A stretch of 64,000 nucleotides of DNA, from contig CAUVXB020000001.1 in NCBI GenBank assembly GCA_963555825.3, positions 1,696,001 to 1,760,000 of the forward strand, written 5' to 3'. Position 1 is the stretch's first letter, and each line of letters starts with the position of its first letter. This stretch comes from Alphaproteobacteria bacterium (GTDB lineage: Bacteria; Pseudomonadota; Alphaproteobacteria; JAAXGF01). A model generated the notes under the pieces. That model saw only the letters and a list, made by a program, of their open reading frames with translations, made no database searches and was not told the DNA's origin. A program made the position numbers and the translations under genes. Shown one piece after another: positions 11,023 through 21,546 of this stretch.

Positions 11023-12099
11023 TTATAGGTCCAACGCGCCTTGCCTGTCGCCACGTGTGTCGTGGAGTGCCGCCGCCTGGCGGGTCAGTTCCGGCCATAC
11101 CGCGATCAGGCCGTTATAGGCTGCCGCCTCGCCGGCGTCCCGCCTCTTGTTGGCGCAGATGTCGTAAAGGCAATAAGCCAGGTCCTTGGCTGCATCCGCA
11201 TGCCCGCCGCCGATCTTCCGGAGAAGCAGCCCCGCCGCCTGCTCACCGCCCTGCTCCAGCTCGCGGATCAGATGCTGACAGCATTCCCACACGGTCAGGT
11301 GGGTGTCGTCCGCTGGATCCCAGCCGGCGTCGATCTCGTCGCGCTTGAGGATGCGCACCTTGCCGGCGGCGCTGTCCACGATCCCGGCATGCTTCACGCT
11401 GTCGACCGAGATACCGCGCGCCGTGGCAATGCTGTTCGCGGTGCCGTAGTCCCCCGCGGCCAAGCCGTTCTGCTCGAACCAGGTGATGGCGAAGCGGGTA
11501 TCGGCGTCGAATTCGCCCTGGATACCGCCCAGATACTCGTCGAGTTCGCGGTTGATGAGCTGCAACGCGGTCTTCACGGTCATCGGGCTGTCGTCGGCTT
11601 CCAGCACGGCTTTGCAGCGGCTGAAGACGCCCATGCCCGGGCCGATGGCCGATTGCGGCATGTCGGCTGGGGAAATGTTGGCTTTTTGAAGTTCCTCAAT
11701 GGCCGGGGGTAGTTCTCGTTTGAGGGCTCCGATAAACTCGGCGCGGCTGATGGTCTCGGCGCTGTCTTCCTTCTTGCGGCAGACCAGGACGACCGAGTTG
11801 GCGAGGGCGTTGGTCCCCGAGGCAATTGTGCGGGCTGCTCTTTCCGTCCGAACCGGCCAAGTGCCTACGACAGCATAGCCCGAGGAGATAACCGCTTGAA
11901 GGAATGTCGCCCAACCTGTCGAGCTGATTCCCTCTTGTTCAATCTCGCTTTGTTTGAAGGCATAATAGATGGTCGCGGGATAGTCGCTCGCCGATTGTTT
12001 GGCGAGCTGAGATATCGCGTCTGTCATCCCAGAGAGAAAAAAGCTTCCGCCGACACTCTTCCGCCATGCCGATATGGTGTGGCGACAAGCTCTTCGGCC
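11023..12099 (-). pseudogene. DUF1156 adenine-specific DNA methylase, C-terminal part only (5' removed at an IS256 end)
   Basis: EELVATPYRHGG, TIYYAFKQ, TGWATFLQAV, GTWPVRTER, NALANSVVLVCRK; apparent 1-nt loss in the A6 run at 12037-12042. Confidence 0.8.
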
Positions 12100-13037
12100 G
12101 GCGATGTCCCTATCTCTGTTGAAATTCGTGGGGCAGGCGTCGCTGGTTGATGATGCTATGCTGCCTTCATGATGGTTTCAATGGCACTGTCGGCCAGAGC
12201 CTTTCTCAAGTGTTCCTGGAGAGCATTTCGGAGGATGGGCAGCTGGCGATAGGCCTTGAGGCGACGGAAGGTTTTCTGGGCCTCCAGCAGGCCGGCGGCG
12301 GTCCATCTGAGCGCCATCTCGGCGTGTCTCCAGCGTTTGACGTTGCGGGTGACCTGGCGCACCGTGCCGAGCGCGTTCTCGACGATGTTGGTGCAGGCGA
12401 GCGAGCGCCGGAGTTCGTGCGGCAGGCCGAGGCGGATGACGGTGAGGATCTCCTCCAGCCCCTCCAGGATGCTGCCCGAGACGCCCGGTTCCTCATGCTC
12501 CAGACGCCGGACCAGGTTGCGCAAGAGCCGCTCGGCCTTGTTTGCGTCGTCCTGGTCCCAGGCCTGACGGAGCGCCTTCTTGACGCTCGCGTGCAAATGT
12601 TGGGGCAGGCGCTCGATGATGTTACGGCCCTTGTGGACCTGGCAGCGCTGGATGGCGGCGGCCACACCGAAGGTGTTTCGGATCGCTTTGCTGAGTGCCT
12701 TCGCGCCATCGACGATGAACAGCCGCGGCAGTGTCGGATCGAGCCCCCTGGCGAGGAGATTGTCGATCAAGGCCTGGACGACGACCGTGTTCTCCGTCGC
12801 CCCCTCGACCACGGCCAGGACATGCTTGTCGCCGTTGCCATCGACGCCGATCGCCGCCATCAGGACATGGTCGCCGACATGCAGACCGTCGATCTGGATG
12901 ACTAGCAGGTCGAGTTCCGAGATATCCGAGGCGAGCCAGGCCTTCATCTTCTTGCGTGACAGCGCCACAAAGCGCCGGGAAACGGCCGACTTCGAGGTGC
13001 CGTCGCCACGCGCTTTCGCCAGGTCGCCCTCGGGCAG
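12100..13037 (-). pseudogene. IS256-family transposase, 3' remnant with terminal IR
   Basis: IQIDG, FIVDGAKAL, QRCQVHK, TNIVEN; end GGCGATGTCCCTATCTCTGTTGAAATT at 12100; cut at 13037 by the next IS256. Confidence 0.85.
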
Positions 13038-13055
13038 GAGCTATAACCGAATCTT

Positions 13056-14856
13056 GACGGGGCGGTAAAAAGTTGTTGGCCGATGGCGTGCTTGTACAGG
13101 TCTTTGCGGTTCGGTGAAGAATATTTGCCTGTCTCCGCGTTGCTGGTGGATAAAACCTGATATTACCTACCCTTGGCTTCTCCTTGGCTTCGTTTTTTAT
13201 GGTGCGATTGCCGCGCAGCGTCGGATATTGAGGCCGAGGGCACGCAGATTGACCACGTAGCGCATGGCCGGCATGCCGCGAATGCGTAGGTGAGCCAGGT
13301 TCATCTGGTACTTTAATCGCGACATGGTCGCTTCTATGCCGGCCCGCCATCTGTAGACGTTGCGGAAGGCATCGCTTTGTTCATAAAGCCGGCGCTTTTG
13401 GTTGGCAGCCCTGGCCGGGGTATATTGAAAGCGGGAAAATTGGCCGTCACGCTTGGCCGCCTGCACGGGACATCGCAGTATATCGGGACATTTTTGGCAG
13501 ATGGAGAGGTCGAAACGGGCCTGCAGCTTGGCTTTGGCGAGCGAGGCTGAAACCGGTTCGACGTTATTGGGACAGCGCAAGACCAAGCCTTCTTCGTTGA
13601 GAGTGAAATCCTCCAACGTCAACCGTCCCGAGACGGCGCCTTTCGGCGGTCGTGCGGGCGCCACGAGATTGATGTTCTGTTCGCGCGTCAGAGCCATGTT
13701 GTCACTGGAACCGTAATGTGAATCACCCAGCATCACCGCCGGCGTCAGCGCGCGCTCGCTCAGATCATCCAGCGCATCGGCTAAGCGATGGCCGTCATGC
13801 ACCGTCATCTTGTGGACCTCCACGTGGGTGATGAGGTCCGGTGTCGCGGCAACCGCCTCGTTACTGACATCTTCACAATAGGTTTCGACGATCTGCGCCA
13901 TGTATCCTTGACCCTTGTGCGCGTTGTAGCTCGCGTCCGGGTCGGCCGGATTGCCGACGGTATCGCACGGCACATCCTTTGGATCTCGAATCGCGGCGCG
14001 CGTTGCGTCACGATCGCCATACTCATCATCAACGATCTCGAACTGATCGCGCAGAACCCTCTCCAGGATCGCAAAACTGGAAAGCTTTGCCGCCGCCGTG
14101 TCACGGAATTGCAGCACCAGGGCTAGGAGATACTGACCCGCTTCGCCGAGGCGCCGTTTTGAAACACTCGGCGCCGTATTCGCGAACGCGCCATTACCCT
14201 CGCGATCGACATAGCGGCGGATCACCTCCTTGCTGATCTGCTCGTGCAGACCGGGATGATATCGCTCAAGCTCACGGGCAAACTTCGAGATGCTCTCAAC
14301 AACGATACCAAGTCGTGTCAGCGCCCGCATTGCCGAACGAAGGGCCGTCGAATCCATGCGTTGGTGGCTGGTATCGACAGAGAACCCCTGCACCAGCCGA
14401 TCCGTCAAACACCGGAACAGCAATTCATCGAGACCTTGTTCGATAAACAGACGGCGATAGTTGCGCAGGGTTTTCTCACAGAAATAGCTGTCCGCTTCGC
14501 TGCGCACGTCCAAGGCATAGTGCCACGCCATATTGAAGGCCAGGGCCTCGACGGTCTCTGCATCGCTCAGATCGTGCAGCTGCTGCAAAAGCAAGACCCC
14601 GATGACAACGTGTAGATCCTTCGATGGTCGGCCCATGCGTTCATCAAGGTGACGGCAAAGATCGTCAACCGGAAGTTCGACAAGCAGATGGTTCCGAAAA
14701 ACCCCGGCCCAGGATTGCTCCATCAGGCGCCGACGTTTGTCCCCGAAATCGGACCAGCGATCAAACAATTCCCCAGTCCGTCGGTCGCGTAAAGTAAACA
14801 TGCACAATTATAATCCAGCCGACTCTCATGAGGAATCGACTTTTTACCGCCCCGTC
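13056..14856 (-). mobile_element. IS1182/IS5-like element
   Basis: Perfect 18-bp IRs GACGGGGCGGTAAAAAGT; 7-bp target duplication GAATCTT (13049-13055, 14857-14863). Confidence 0.9.
13197..14807 (-). CDS. IS1182/IS5-like DDE transposase
   Basis: GRPSK...LSDAETVEAL (DUF772-like), QRMDST, DPDASY, GDSHYGS, YRWRAGIEATMSRLK. Confidence 0.85.
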   Translation of the reverse strand: MCMFTLRDRRTGELFDRWSDFGDKRRRLMEQSWAGVFRNHLLVELPVDDLCRHLDERMGRPSKDLHVVIGVLLLQQLHDLSDAETVEALAFNMAWHYALDVRSEADSYFCEKTLRNYRRLFIEQGLDELLFRCLTDRLVQGFSVDTSHQRMDSTALRSAMRALTRLGIVVESISKFARELERYHPGLHEQISKEVIRRYVDREGNGAFANTAPSVSKRRLGEAGQYLLALVLQFRDTAAAKLSSFAILERVLRDQFEIVDDEYGDRDATRAAIRDPKDVPCDTVGNPADPDASYNAHKGQGYMAQIVETYCEDVSNEAVAATPDLITHVEVHKMTVHDGHRLADALDDLSERALTPAVMLGDSHYGSSDNMALTREQNINLVAPARPPKGAVSGRLTLEDFTLNEEGLVLRCPNNVEPVSASLAKAKLQARFDLSICQKCPDILRCPVQAAKRDGQFSRFQYTPARAANQKRRLYEQSDAFRNVYRWRAGIEATMSRLKYQMNLAHLRIRGMPAMRYVVNLRALGLNIRRCAAIAP

Positions 14857-14944
14857 GAATCTTGTGTACGGCGTTGAAATGAAGGCGGCGTATCCTGGTG
14901 ATTGTTGATGTCACCACTTGAGCTAAGCCAAGGAAGGATACGCC

Positions 14945-16189
14945 ATGAAAGAGAATACCGTTGTTGCTTTTCAAAACCCATCTGATTTTCAGAAAGATCC
15001 GTTGACGGAAGTCCTACAAGCTGGAGCTCGCGAGTTGTTGGCCCAAGCCGTTGAGGCCGAGGTCTCCGTGTTTTTGGGTAGCCATGCGGCGCTTGTTGAC
15101 GCCGCCGGCCGCCGCCGGGTTGTCCGCAATGGATATCTGCCGGAACGCTTCATCCAGACCGGGATCGGCCCGGTGAGCGTGCGCCAACCCCGTGTGCGGG
15201 ACCGGGGGGACGGCGCCATCCGCTTCACGTCGGCGATCCTGCCGCGCTATCTGCGCCGCGCCAAGAGCCTGGAAGACCTTTTGCCATGGCTGTATCTGAA
15301 GGGCATTTCCACCGGCGACTTCGGGGAAGCCTTGGCGGCGCTCCTGGGGAGCTCCGCGCCGGGGCTTTCGGCCTCCACGATCACCCGGCTGAAAGAGGTC
15401 TGGGGGGTTGAGGCGGAGCGCTGGCAACGGCGCGACCTCACGGCCAAGCGCTACGTCTATTTCTGGGTGGACGGCATCTATTTCAGCGCCCGCATGGAGG
15501 AAGAGAAGCAGTGCATCCTGGTGATCGTCGGGGCCACGGACAAGGGACAGAAGGAACTGATCGCCATCGCCGACGGCTATCGCGAAAGTGAGCAGTCCTG
15601 GCTCGAAGTTCTGCTCGATCTCAAGCGGCGCGGCCTTGAAATGGGTCCGCAACTGGCGCTCGGCGACGGCGCGCTCGGCTTCTGGAAGGCGCTCCGCCAA
15701 GTCTACCCAGGCGCCCGCGAGCAACGCTGCTGGGTTCACAAGACGGGCAACGTCTTGAACAAGCTGCCCAAGGGTCTGCAAAAGAAAGCCAAGGGGCGCC
15801 TGCAAGACATCTGGATGGCCGAAACCAGGAAGGATGCCGAGAGCGCCTTCGACTTCTTCCTGGAAGCCTACGGGCCGAAGTACGACAAGGCCGCGGCCTG
15901 CCTGGCCAAGGACCGCGACGTCCTGCTGACGTTCTACGACTTCCCCGCCGAGCACTGGAAGCATGTACGCACGACCAACCCCATCGAGAGCACGTTCGCC
16001 ACGGTTCGTCTGCGCACCTACCGGACCAAGGGCTGCCTGTCGCGCAAGACGGCGATGGCCATGGTCTTCAAACTATGCCAGTGCGCTCAGAGAAAATGGA
16101 GAAAACTCGATGGATCGAACCATCTCGCCGAGATCATTCGCGGCGTCAAATTCGTAGATGGAGAACGCCAGGATCGCGCCGCCGCATGA
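14945..16189 (+). CDS. IS256 (Mutator) transposase, intact
   Basis: RNGYLPER, WVDGIY, GDGALGFW, QRCWVHK, TTNPIESTF. Confidence 0.95.
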   Translation: MKENTVVAFQNPSDFQKDPLTEVLQAGARELLAQAVEAEVSVFLGSHAALVDAAGRRRVVRNGYLPERFIQTGIGPVSVRQPRVRDRGDGAIRFTSAILPRYLRRAKSLEDLLPWLYLKGISTGDFGEALAALLGSSAPGLSASTITRLKEVWGVEAERWQRRDLTAKRYVYFWVDGIYFSARMEEEKQCILVIVGATDKGQKELIAIADGYRESEQSWLEVLLDLKRRGLEMGPQLALGDGALGFWKALRQVYPGAREQRCWVHKTGNVLNKLPKGLQKKAKGRLQDIWMAETRKDAESAFDFFLEAYGPKYDKAAACLAKDRDVLLTFYDFPAEHWKHVRTTNPIESTFATVRLRTYRTKGCLSRKTAMAMVFKLCQCAQRKWRKLDGSNHLAEIIRGVKFVDGERQDRAAA

Positions 16190-16220
16190 TCAGCCCATAC
16201 ACAACTTTTGACAATAGCTC

Positions 16221-16544
16221 AGGAAGCTGCCGACCGAGCTCTACAAGTCCCTGACCTGGGACCGGGGCAAGGAACTCGCGGACCATCGCCGGTTCAGCCT
16301 GGCGACCGACATCGATGTCTACTTCTGTGATCCGCAAAGCCCATGGCAACGGGGTTCCAATGAGAACACTAATGGCCTGCTCAGACAGTACTTCCCCAAA
16401 GGCACCGACGTGTCGGTATACTCGCAGGCTCATCTGAACAAAGTGGCGCGTCAGCTCAACGAACGGCCACGCAAAACCTTGGGGTTTGAAACACCGGCAG
16501 AGAGATTCAACGCTTGTGTTGCATCGACCGGTTGAGGCGGCAGC
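16221..16544 (+). pseudogene. IS30-family transposase 3' remnant and right end
   Basis: Hand translation [13 protein letters not shown]...[28 protein letters not shown]...[14 protein letters not shown]...VASTG*. Confidence 0.85.
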
Positions 16545-16785
16545 CATAACCGGACATTCGAGGCCAATGCGCCATGTGCCCTCTGACAGCGCCATTAGAC
16601 TCGCCCAACGAGCTTCCGTAGACTGCTATCAACACCTCATTCGGGTCAGGGCGCGCGCCTTCGCCTGGGCGTCGTCCAGTCACAGGGGCTTGGCGCGCAA
16701 ATTGTGGCGCCCAGTCTCAGCCTGACGGCGGCCCGGCGACGCCCTACCATTATCATCGTCCGAACCCATCGAAAGCTGGTACTCC

Positions 16786-18177
16786 ATGAACGTCGTTCTC
16801 GTTTCCACCTACGATCTCGGCCATCAGCCATTCGGCCTGGCCTCGCCGGCAGCTTGGCTGCGGGCCGAGGGGCACGAATTGACCTGCCTCGACCTCTCGG
16901 TCGAGATGCCCGACGAGGCTGCGATGCGCGCGGCAGGCATGGTGGCGTTCTACCTGCCGATGCATACCGCGACCCGCTTGGCAGCCCCAGTCATCGAGCG
17001 CGTCCGCAGCCTAAACCCAGACGCGATGCTGTGTGCGTATGGGCTCTACGCTCCGGTCAACGAAGCGTACCTGCGGCGTCTCGGCATCGACCACGTCATC
17101 GGTGGCGAATTCGAGACGCCGCTCGTCGAGATCGCTCGCGAAACTAAAGCCTGCGGACCACCGAGCCGAACCCGCCCGACGGTCACGCTGGAGAAGCAGC
17201 GGTTCCGCATCCCCGACCGGGCTGGCCTGCCAAGCCTCGCCGTCTACGCCGACCTGACATTGCCCGACGGGCCGAAGCGCGTCGTCGGCTACACCGAGGC
17301 GAGCCGCGGCTGCAAACACCTGTGCCGCCACTGCCCGGTGGTGCCGGTCTACGGCGGGCGCTTCTTTGTGGTGCAGCGCGACGTGGTGCTCGCCGACATT
17401 GCCCATCAGGTCAAGGCGGGCGCAGAGCACATCACCTTTGGCGATCCTGACTTCTTCAACGGTCCCGGCCATGCGCGCGCCGTTGTCGAGGCGCTGCACA
17501 GAGAATTTCCGGGGCTCACCTACGACGTCACGATCAAGGTCGAGCATCTGCTCAAGCACGCCGACGCGCTGCCCGCGCTGCGCGACACCGGCTGTCTATT
17601 CGTCACCTCAGCGATCGAGTCGCTCGATGACCACGTACTCGTGACCCTGGAGAAGGGGCATACGCGCGAGGATGTGTTCGCCGTAGTCGAGTTGTGCCGG
17701 GCGGAAGGGCTGACGCTGGTGCCAACGTTCGTCGCGTTCAGCCCTTGGCTGACGCTCGAGGCCTACGAGGACCTGCTTGAGACCATCGCCCGCCTCGGCC
17801 TCGTCGAGGCCGTCGGGCCGGTGCAGCTCGCCATCCGGCTGCTCATCCCGGAGGGCTCGCGCTTGCTCGAGCTCGATGAGATGCGCGGCATGGTCGGGCC
17901 CTTCGACGAGGAGAGATTGTGTTATCCGTGGCGCCACTCCGATCCGCGCGTGGACGCCCTGCAGCGCGACGTCGAGGATATCGTCCAGGAGGCGATCGAG
18001 GTGGGCACGTCACGCGCCGCGATCTTCGTCCGGATCTGGGAGAGGCTGCAGGCGGCGTTCGACAGGCGGGCCCGGCCGGCGCCGGACATCGCCCCAGGGA
18101 CGGGCGCGGTCCCGCAGATCAGCGAGCCTTGGTACTGCTGCGCCGAGCCAACGCCGCGACAGCAGCACGCCGTTTGA
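16786..18177 (+). CDS. B12-binding radical SAM protein, CUAEP/CCAEP-tail family
   Basis: STYDLGHQPFGLASP N-terminus; SRGCKHLCRHC (CX3CX2C); C-terminal SEPWYCCAEPT. Confidence 0.85.
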   Translation: MNVVLVSTYDLGHQPFGLASPAAWLRAEGHELTCLDLSVEMPDEAAMRAAGMVAFYLPMHTATRLAAPVIERVRSLNPDAMLCAYGLYAPVNEAYLRRLGIDHVIGGEFETPLVEIARETKACGPPSRTRPTVTLEKQRFRIPDRAGLPSLAVYADLTLPDGPKRVVGYTEASRGCKHLCRHCPVVPVYGGRFFVVQRDVVLADIAHQVKAGAEHITFGDPDFFNGPGHARAVVEALHREFPGLTYDVTIKVEHLLKHADALPALRDTGCLFVTSAIESLDDHVLVTLEKGHTREDVFAVVELCRAEGLTLVPTFVAFSPWLTLEAYEDLLETIARLGLVEAVGPVQLAIRLLIPEGSRLLELDEMRGMVGPFDEERLCYPWRHSDPRVDALQRDVEDIVQEAIEVGTSRAAIFVRIWERLQAAFDRRARPAPDIAPGTGAVPQISEPWYCCAEPTPRQQHAV

Positions 18178-18299
18178 CGTCGGTAGGGCGCCCAGAATCA
18201 TGGAAGCCTGCTTCGGGTTACCTCCGGACATAAAGCCACGTCGCTCCCGCTGCCGCCTGTGTGGATGGCTCCCGCGTTGCAAGGACTTTTTTCGGCGTA

Positions 18300-18530
18300 G
18301 CGACCTAGTCAGGTACAGTCTTGTGTCCGGCCTGTTGATGCGGTTTTGTTGAACCGCTGGCCCTGATGGTATCCGTGGATCGGGTCCCTATCTGCTTAGC
18401 GGGCTCGAACACCCAGGACATTCGTCGGGTTGTCCGCTTAGCGGGCTCGAACACCCAGGACATTGGTCGGGTTGTCCCGATCCCCGGTCTGACCGGTTCG
18501 CCATCACGTCTCGTCGTCCTTGCAATCGTC
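18300..18530 (-). ncRNA. Putative IS1111 bridge/seek RNA
   Basis: Position (3' non-coding end of an IS1111-like element) and motif similarity; boundaries approximate. Confidence 0.55.
18394..18477. repeat. 42-bp tandem duplication (2 copies, 1 mismatch)
   Basis: GCTTAGCGGGCTCGAACACCCAGGACATT(C/G)GTCGGGTTGTCC at 18394-18435 and 18436-18477. Confidence 0.95.
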
Positions 18531-19461
18531 GAAAGCGTTGTGCCTTCGAGCGATCAATTGGTCATGCGGTCTCCTCAGTTGCGGGTCGGTGAGCGCGGTA
18601 GGCCTCGCCACGGGTCATGATGACCCAGGCGATCCGCGCGGCCTTGTTGGCCCCAATTGGTAAGGTCATGGCCACGGCGACCAGCTTGTTGGGCTTGCTT
18701 ACCAGCAAGTTGGTGATCCAGGGGTGAACCTCGGGCTTGCGCCGTGCCGATTGAAGCTGTGATGTCATGCCGATCACCAGCAGACGGCGAAGACAACGGC
18801 GACGCCGCCACCTTAGCCCGCATTTCCCAAGTATCGTCGATATTCAGTGCGGCGAGAAGGCGATTCTGCTATAAGAATCATGAAGTTGTAGCATACATGG
18901 AGCGGCGGATATGGCACACCCGATGGGTGAATCGAAACCGGGGTGCCTTCGGGTCGTTTTTGACCGTCGATTGAAGCTTGAATTCCACGGTTCCAAGATC
19001 ACCTCTGATGCCGGGTTGCTCGCCTACCGGGAGCTTGACGATGCCCTCGGCCTGACTGAGATGGCCGAGGGTGTTTTCCAGGATAGCCGTACCGGCAAGA
19101 ACGGATGGCACGGCATGACGGGTCAGTTTCGCCAGTCCGTTTTCGGGCGCCTTGGCGGCTATGACGATGTGAACGACGCCGACCGTCTGGGACGCGATCC
19201 CGCCATGCGCTGGATTGTTGGCGGCAAGGCCATCGAAAGACAGGCCGCTTCCACCAGCCAGATGGGACGCTTCGAGACGGAGCTATTGGCCACCGACGAG
19301 AACGTTGAAGCCTTGGTCGACATGAACGGGGTGTGGATCGACAAGGTTCATGACCGCCATCCGCCGAAGATGATCATTCTCGACATGGACAGCAGCGTCA
19401 GCCCGACCCATGGCGAACAAGAGGGAACAGCGTACAATGGTCACTTCGGCTGTACCTGCTA

Positions 19462-20640
19462 GTGTCCTGATCGATAAATTGATATGATTATGTCTCTATT
19501 TGTTTTTAGGAGGCGCGATTGATGGCGAGAGTGGCGGTGACGATCTCTTTGAGCGATGACGAGCGCGCCGAATTGGAGGCGCTGTCTCGTCGTCGCAAGA
19601 CGTCGCAGGGGCTTGCGCGGCGGGCTCGGATCGTCTTGGCGGCGGCGGAAGGGTTGGAGAACAAGGAGATCGCCGTTCGTCTCGAGGCGAGCGCGGACAC
19701 CGTGGGCAAGTGGCGTCGCCGCTATGCGGCGGAGGGCCTCGACGGTCTGTACGACGAACCCCGCCCCGGCGCGCCGCGTCAAATCGGCGATGACGCCATC
19801 GCGGAAGCGGTCCGGCTGACGCTGGAAGAGACGCCGCCGGACGCGACCCATTGGAGCCTTCGCTCGATGGCGCGGGCGAGCGGCCACGCGCCCTCGACCA
19901 TTCATCGCATCTGGCGGGCCTTCGGCTTGCAGCCGCATCGCTCGGAGACCTTCAAGCTGTCGAGCGATCCCTTCTTCGTGGAGAAGGTCCGCGACATCGT
20001 CGGTCTGTATTTGGCGCCGCCGGATCGTGCCCTGGTTCTCTGTGTCGACGAAAAGAGCCAGATCCAGGCCCTGGACCGTTCCCAGCCCCTCTTGCCGATG
20101 CGCCCCGGGCAGGCGGAGCGGCGCAGCCACGACTACAAGCGCCACGGCACGACCTCTCTCTTCGCGGCCCTCGACATCGCCACGGGAGAGATCATCGGCA
20201 AATGTTTCCCGCGCCATCGGGCCCGAGAGTTCCGCAAATTCCTCGACCTCGTCGAGGCGAACGTCCCTGCTGATCTCGACATCCACATCGTCATGGACAA
20301 CTACGGGACCCACAAGACCAAGGCGATCCGCGACTGGTTCGCCAAACGGCCGCGCTGGCAGGCCCATTTCACACCCACCAGCGCCTCCTGGCTGAACCAG
20401 GTCGAGCGCTGGTTCGGGCTGCTGACCGACAAGCAGATCAGGCGCGGCGTCCATCGCTCCACCAAGGAGTTGGAGCGCACCATCCTCGACTACATCGACA
20501 CGACAAACCAGAACCCCAAACCCTTCAAATGGACCAAATCCGCCGATGACATCCTCGGCGCCATCCAGCGCTTCTGCCTCCGAACAATCGAAATCGCTGA
20601 ACAGCAGGCGAAAATCATGCGAACTTCGGAATCGGGACAC
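19462..20640 (+). mobile_element. IS630-family element in a CTAG site
   Basis: IRs GTGTCCTGAT and ATCGGGACAC; TA duplicated (19460-61, 20641-42); empty site visible at 61962-61965. Confidence 0.95.
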
Positions 20641-20643
20641 TAG
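19519..20643 (+). CDS. IS630 transposase
   Basis: HTH plus [29 protein letters not shown]; stop TAG supplied by the target site. Confidence 0.95.
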   Translation: MMARVAVTISLSDDERAELEALSRRRKTSQGLARRARIVLAAAEGLENKEIAVRLEASADTVGKWRRRYAAEGLDGLYDEPRPGAPRQIGDDAIAEAVRLTLEETPPDATHWSLRSMARASGHAPSTIHRIWRAFGLQPHRSETFKLSSDPFFVEKVRDIVGLYLAPPDRALVLCVDEKSQIQALDRSQPLLPMRPGQAERRSHDYKRHGTTSLFAALDIATGEIIGKCFPRHRAREFRKFLDLVEANVPADLDIHIVMDNYGTHKTKAIRDWFAKRPRWQAHFTPTSASWLNQVERWFGLLTDKQIRRGVHRSTKELERTILDYIDTTNQNPKPFKWTKSADDILGAIQRFCLRTIEIAEQQAKIMRTSESGH

Positions 20644-21546
20644 CATCCGCTATTCCTGTTCAACCAGTTCGGCGACTTGGAGAGATGTTCCCTGCGCCCC
20701 GGTAATGTTCACAGTGCCGACGGATGGCGGAATGTTCTGGAGCCGGTGGTGATGCGCTATAAGGAAAGGAAGGTGCGGCTGTATTTTCGTGGCGATGCCG
20801 CCTTCGCCTCACCGGAGATATACGAATATCTCGAAGCCGAGGGATTACTCTACGTCATCCGCCTCAAAGCGAACGCGATTCTCCAGCGGAACATTGCCCA
20901 TCTGCTTACGCGACCTGTCGGTCGCCCGCCCGACCATGTTCGCCGTTTCCACGCCAGCTTCAGCTATCAGGCCGGATCGTGGAACAAGAAGCGCCGTGTC
21001 GTGGCCAAAGTGGAGTGGCACCCCGGCGAGCTGGTTCCTCGCGTCGGTTTCATCGTCACTAATCTGTCGCGCCCTACCAAGCGGGTGGTGGCGTTCTATA
21101 ATCACCGTGGCACGGCGGAGCAGCACATCAAGGAAGGCAAGAACGCCATCAACTGGACCCGTCTGTCATGTCGCAAGTTCCGCAACAATGCCGTTCGGCT
21201 CCAGCTTCACGCCCTGGCCTACAATCTGGGCAACTTCATGAGGACACTGGCTTTGCCGAAGGAGGTGGAGCACTGGTCGATGACGACGTTGCGCGACAAG
21301 CTGGTGAAGATCGGGGCCAAGGTTGTCCGACATGGCCGCTACGTTACGTTCCAATTGGCTGAGGTGGCGGTGCCGAGGGACCTGTTCCGGAAAATCCTGA
21401 GCTTGATTGATGATCTGCGACGAAGACCCGCTCCGGCGTAGGCCGAGGGAATCGACGGCGAGGAGAAAGCGACAGGAGAGGTGTGTCTGGATGGCGAGAA
21501 AAATGACCGAGTGGCCTTCCAAGCGCGGGCCGATTACCAAAATCAT

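Larger units (their letters stand above)
13038..16220 (+). mobile_element. IS256-family element whose left IR is interrupted by an IS1182/IS5-like element
   Basis: Rejoined IRL GAGCTATAACCGAATCTTGTGTA resembles the reverse complement of IRR TACACAACTTTTGACAATAGCTC (16198-16220). Confidence 0.85.
18259..18795 (-). mobile_element. IS110/IS1111-group remnant: transposase C-terminus (stop 18562) plus right non-coding end
   Basis: LRRLLVIGMTS...NKLVAVAM(TLPIG)ANKAARIAW; downstream GATGGCGAACCGGTCAGACCGGG...CCATCAGGGCCAGCGGT...CTTGCAACGCGGGAGCCATCCAC resembles IS1111 right ends. Confidence 0.75.

Noticed and set aside
18394-18477. Possible mini CRISPR array
   Set aside because: Two abutting 42-bp units with no spacer; it lies in an IS1111 end.
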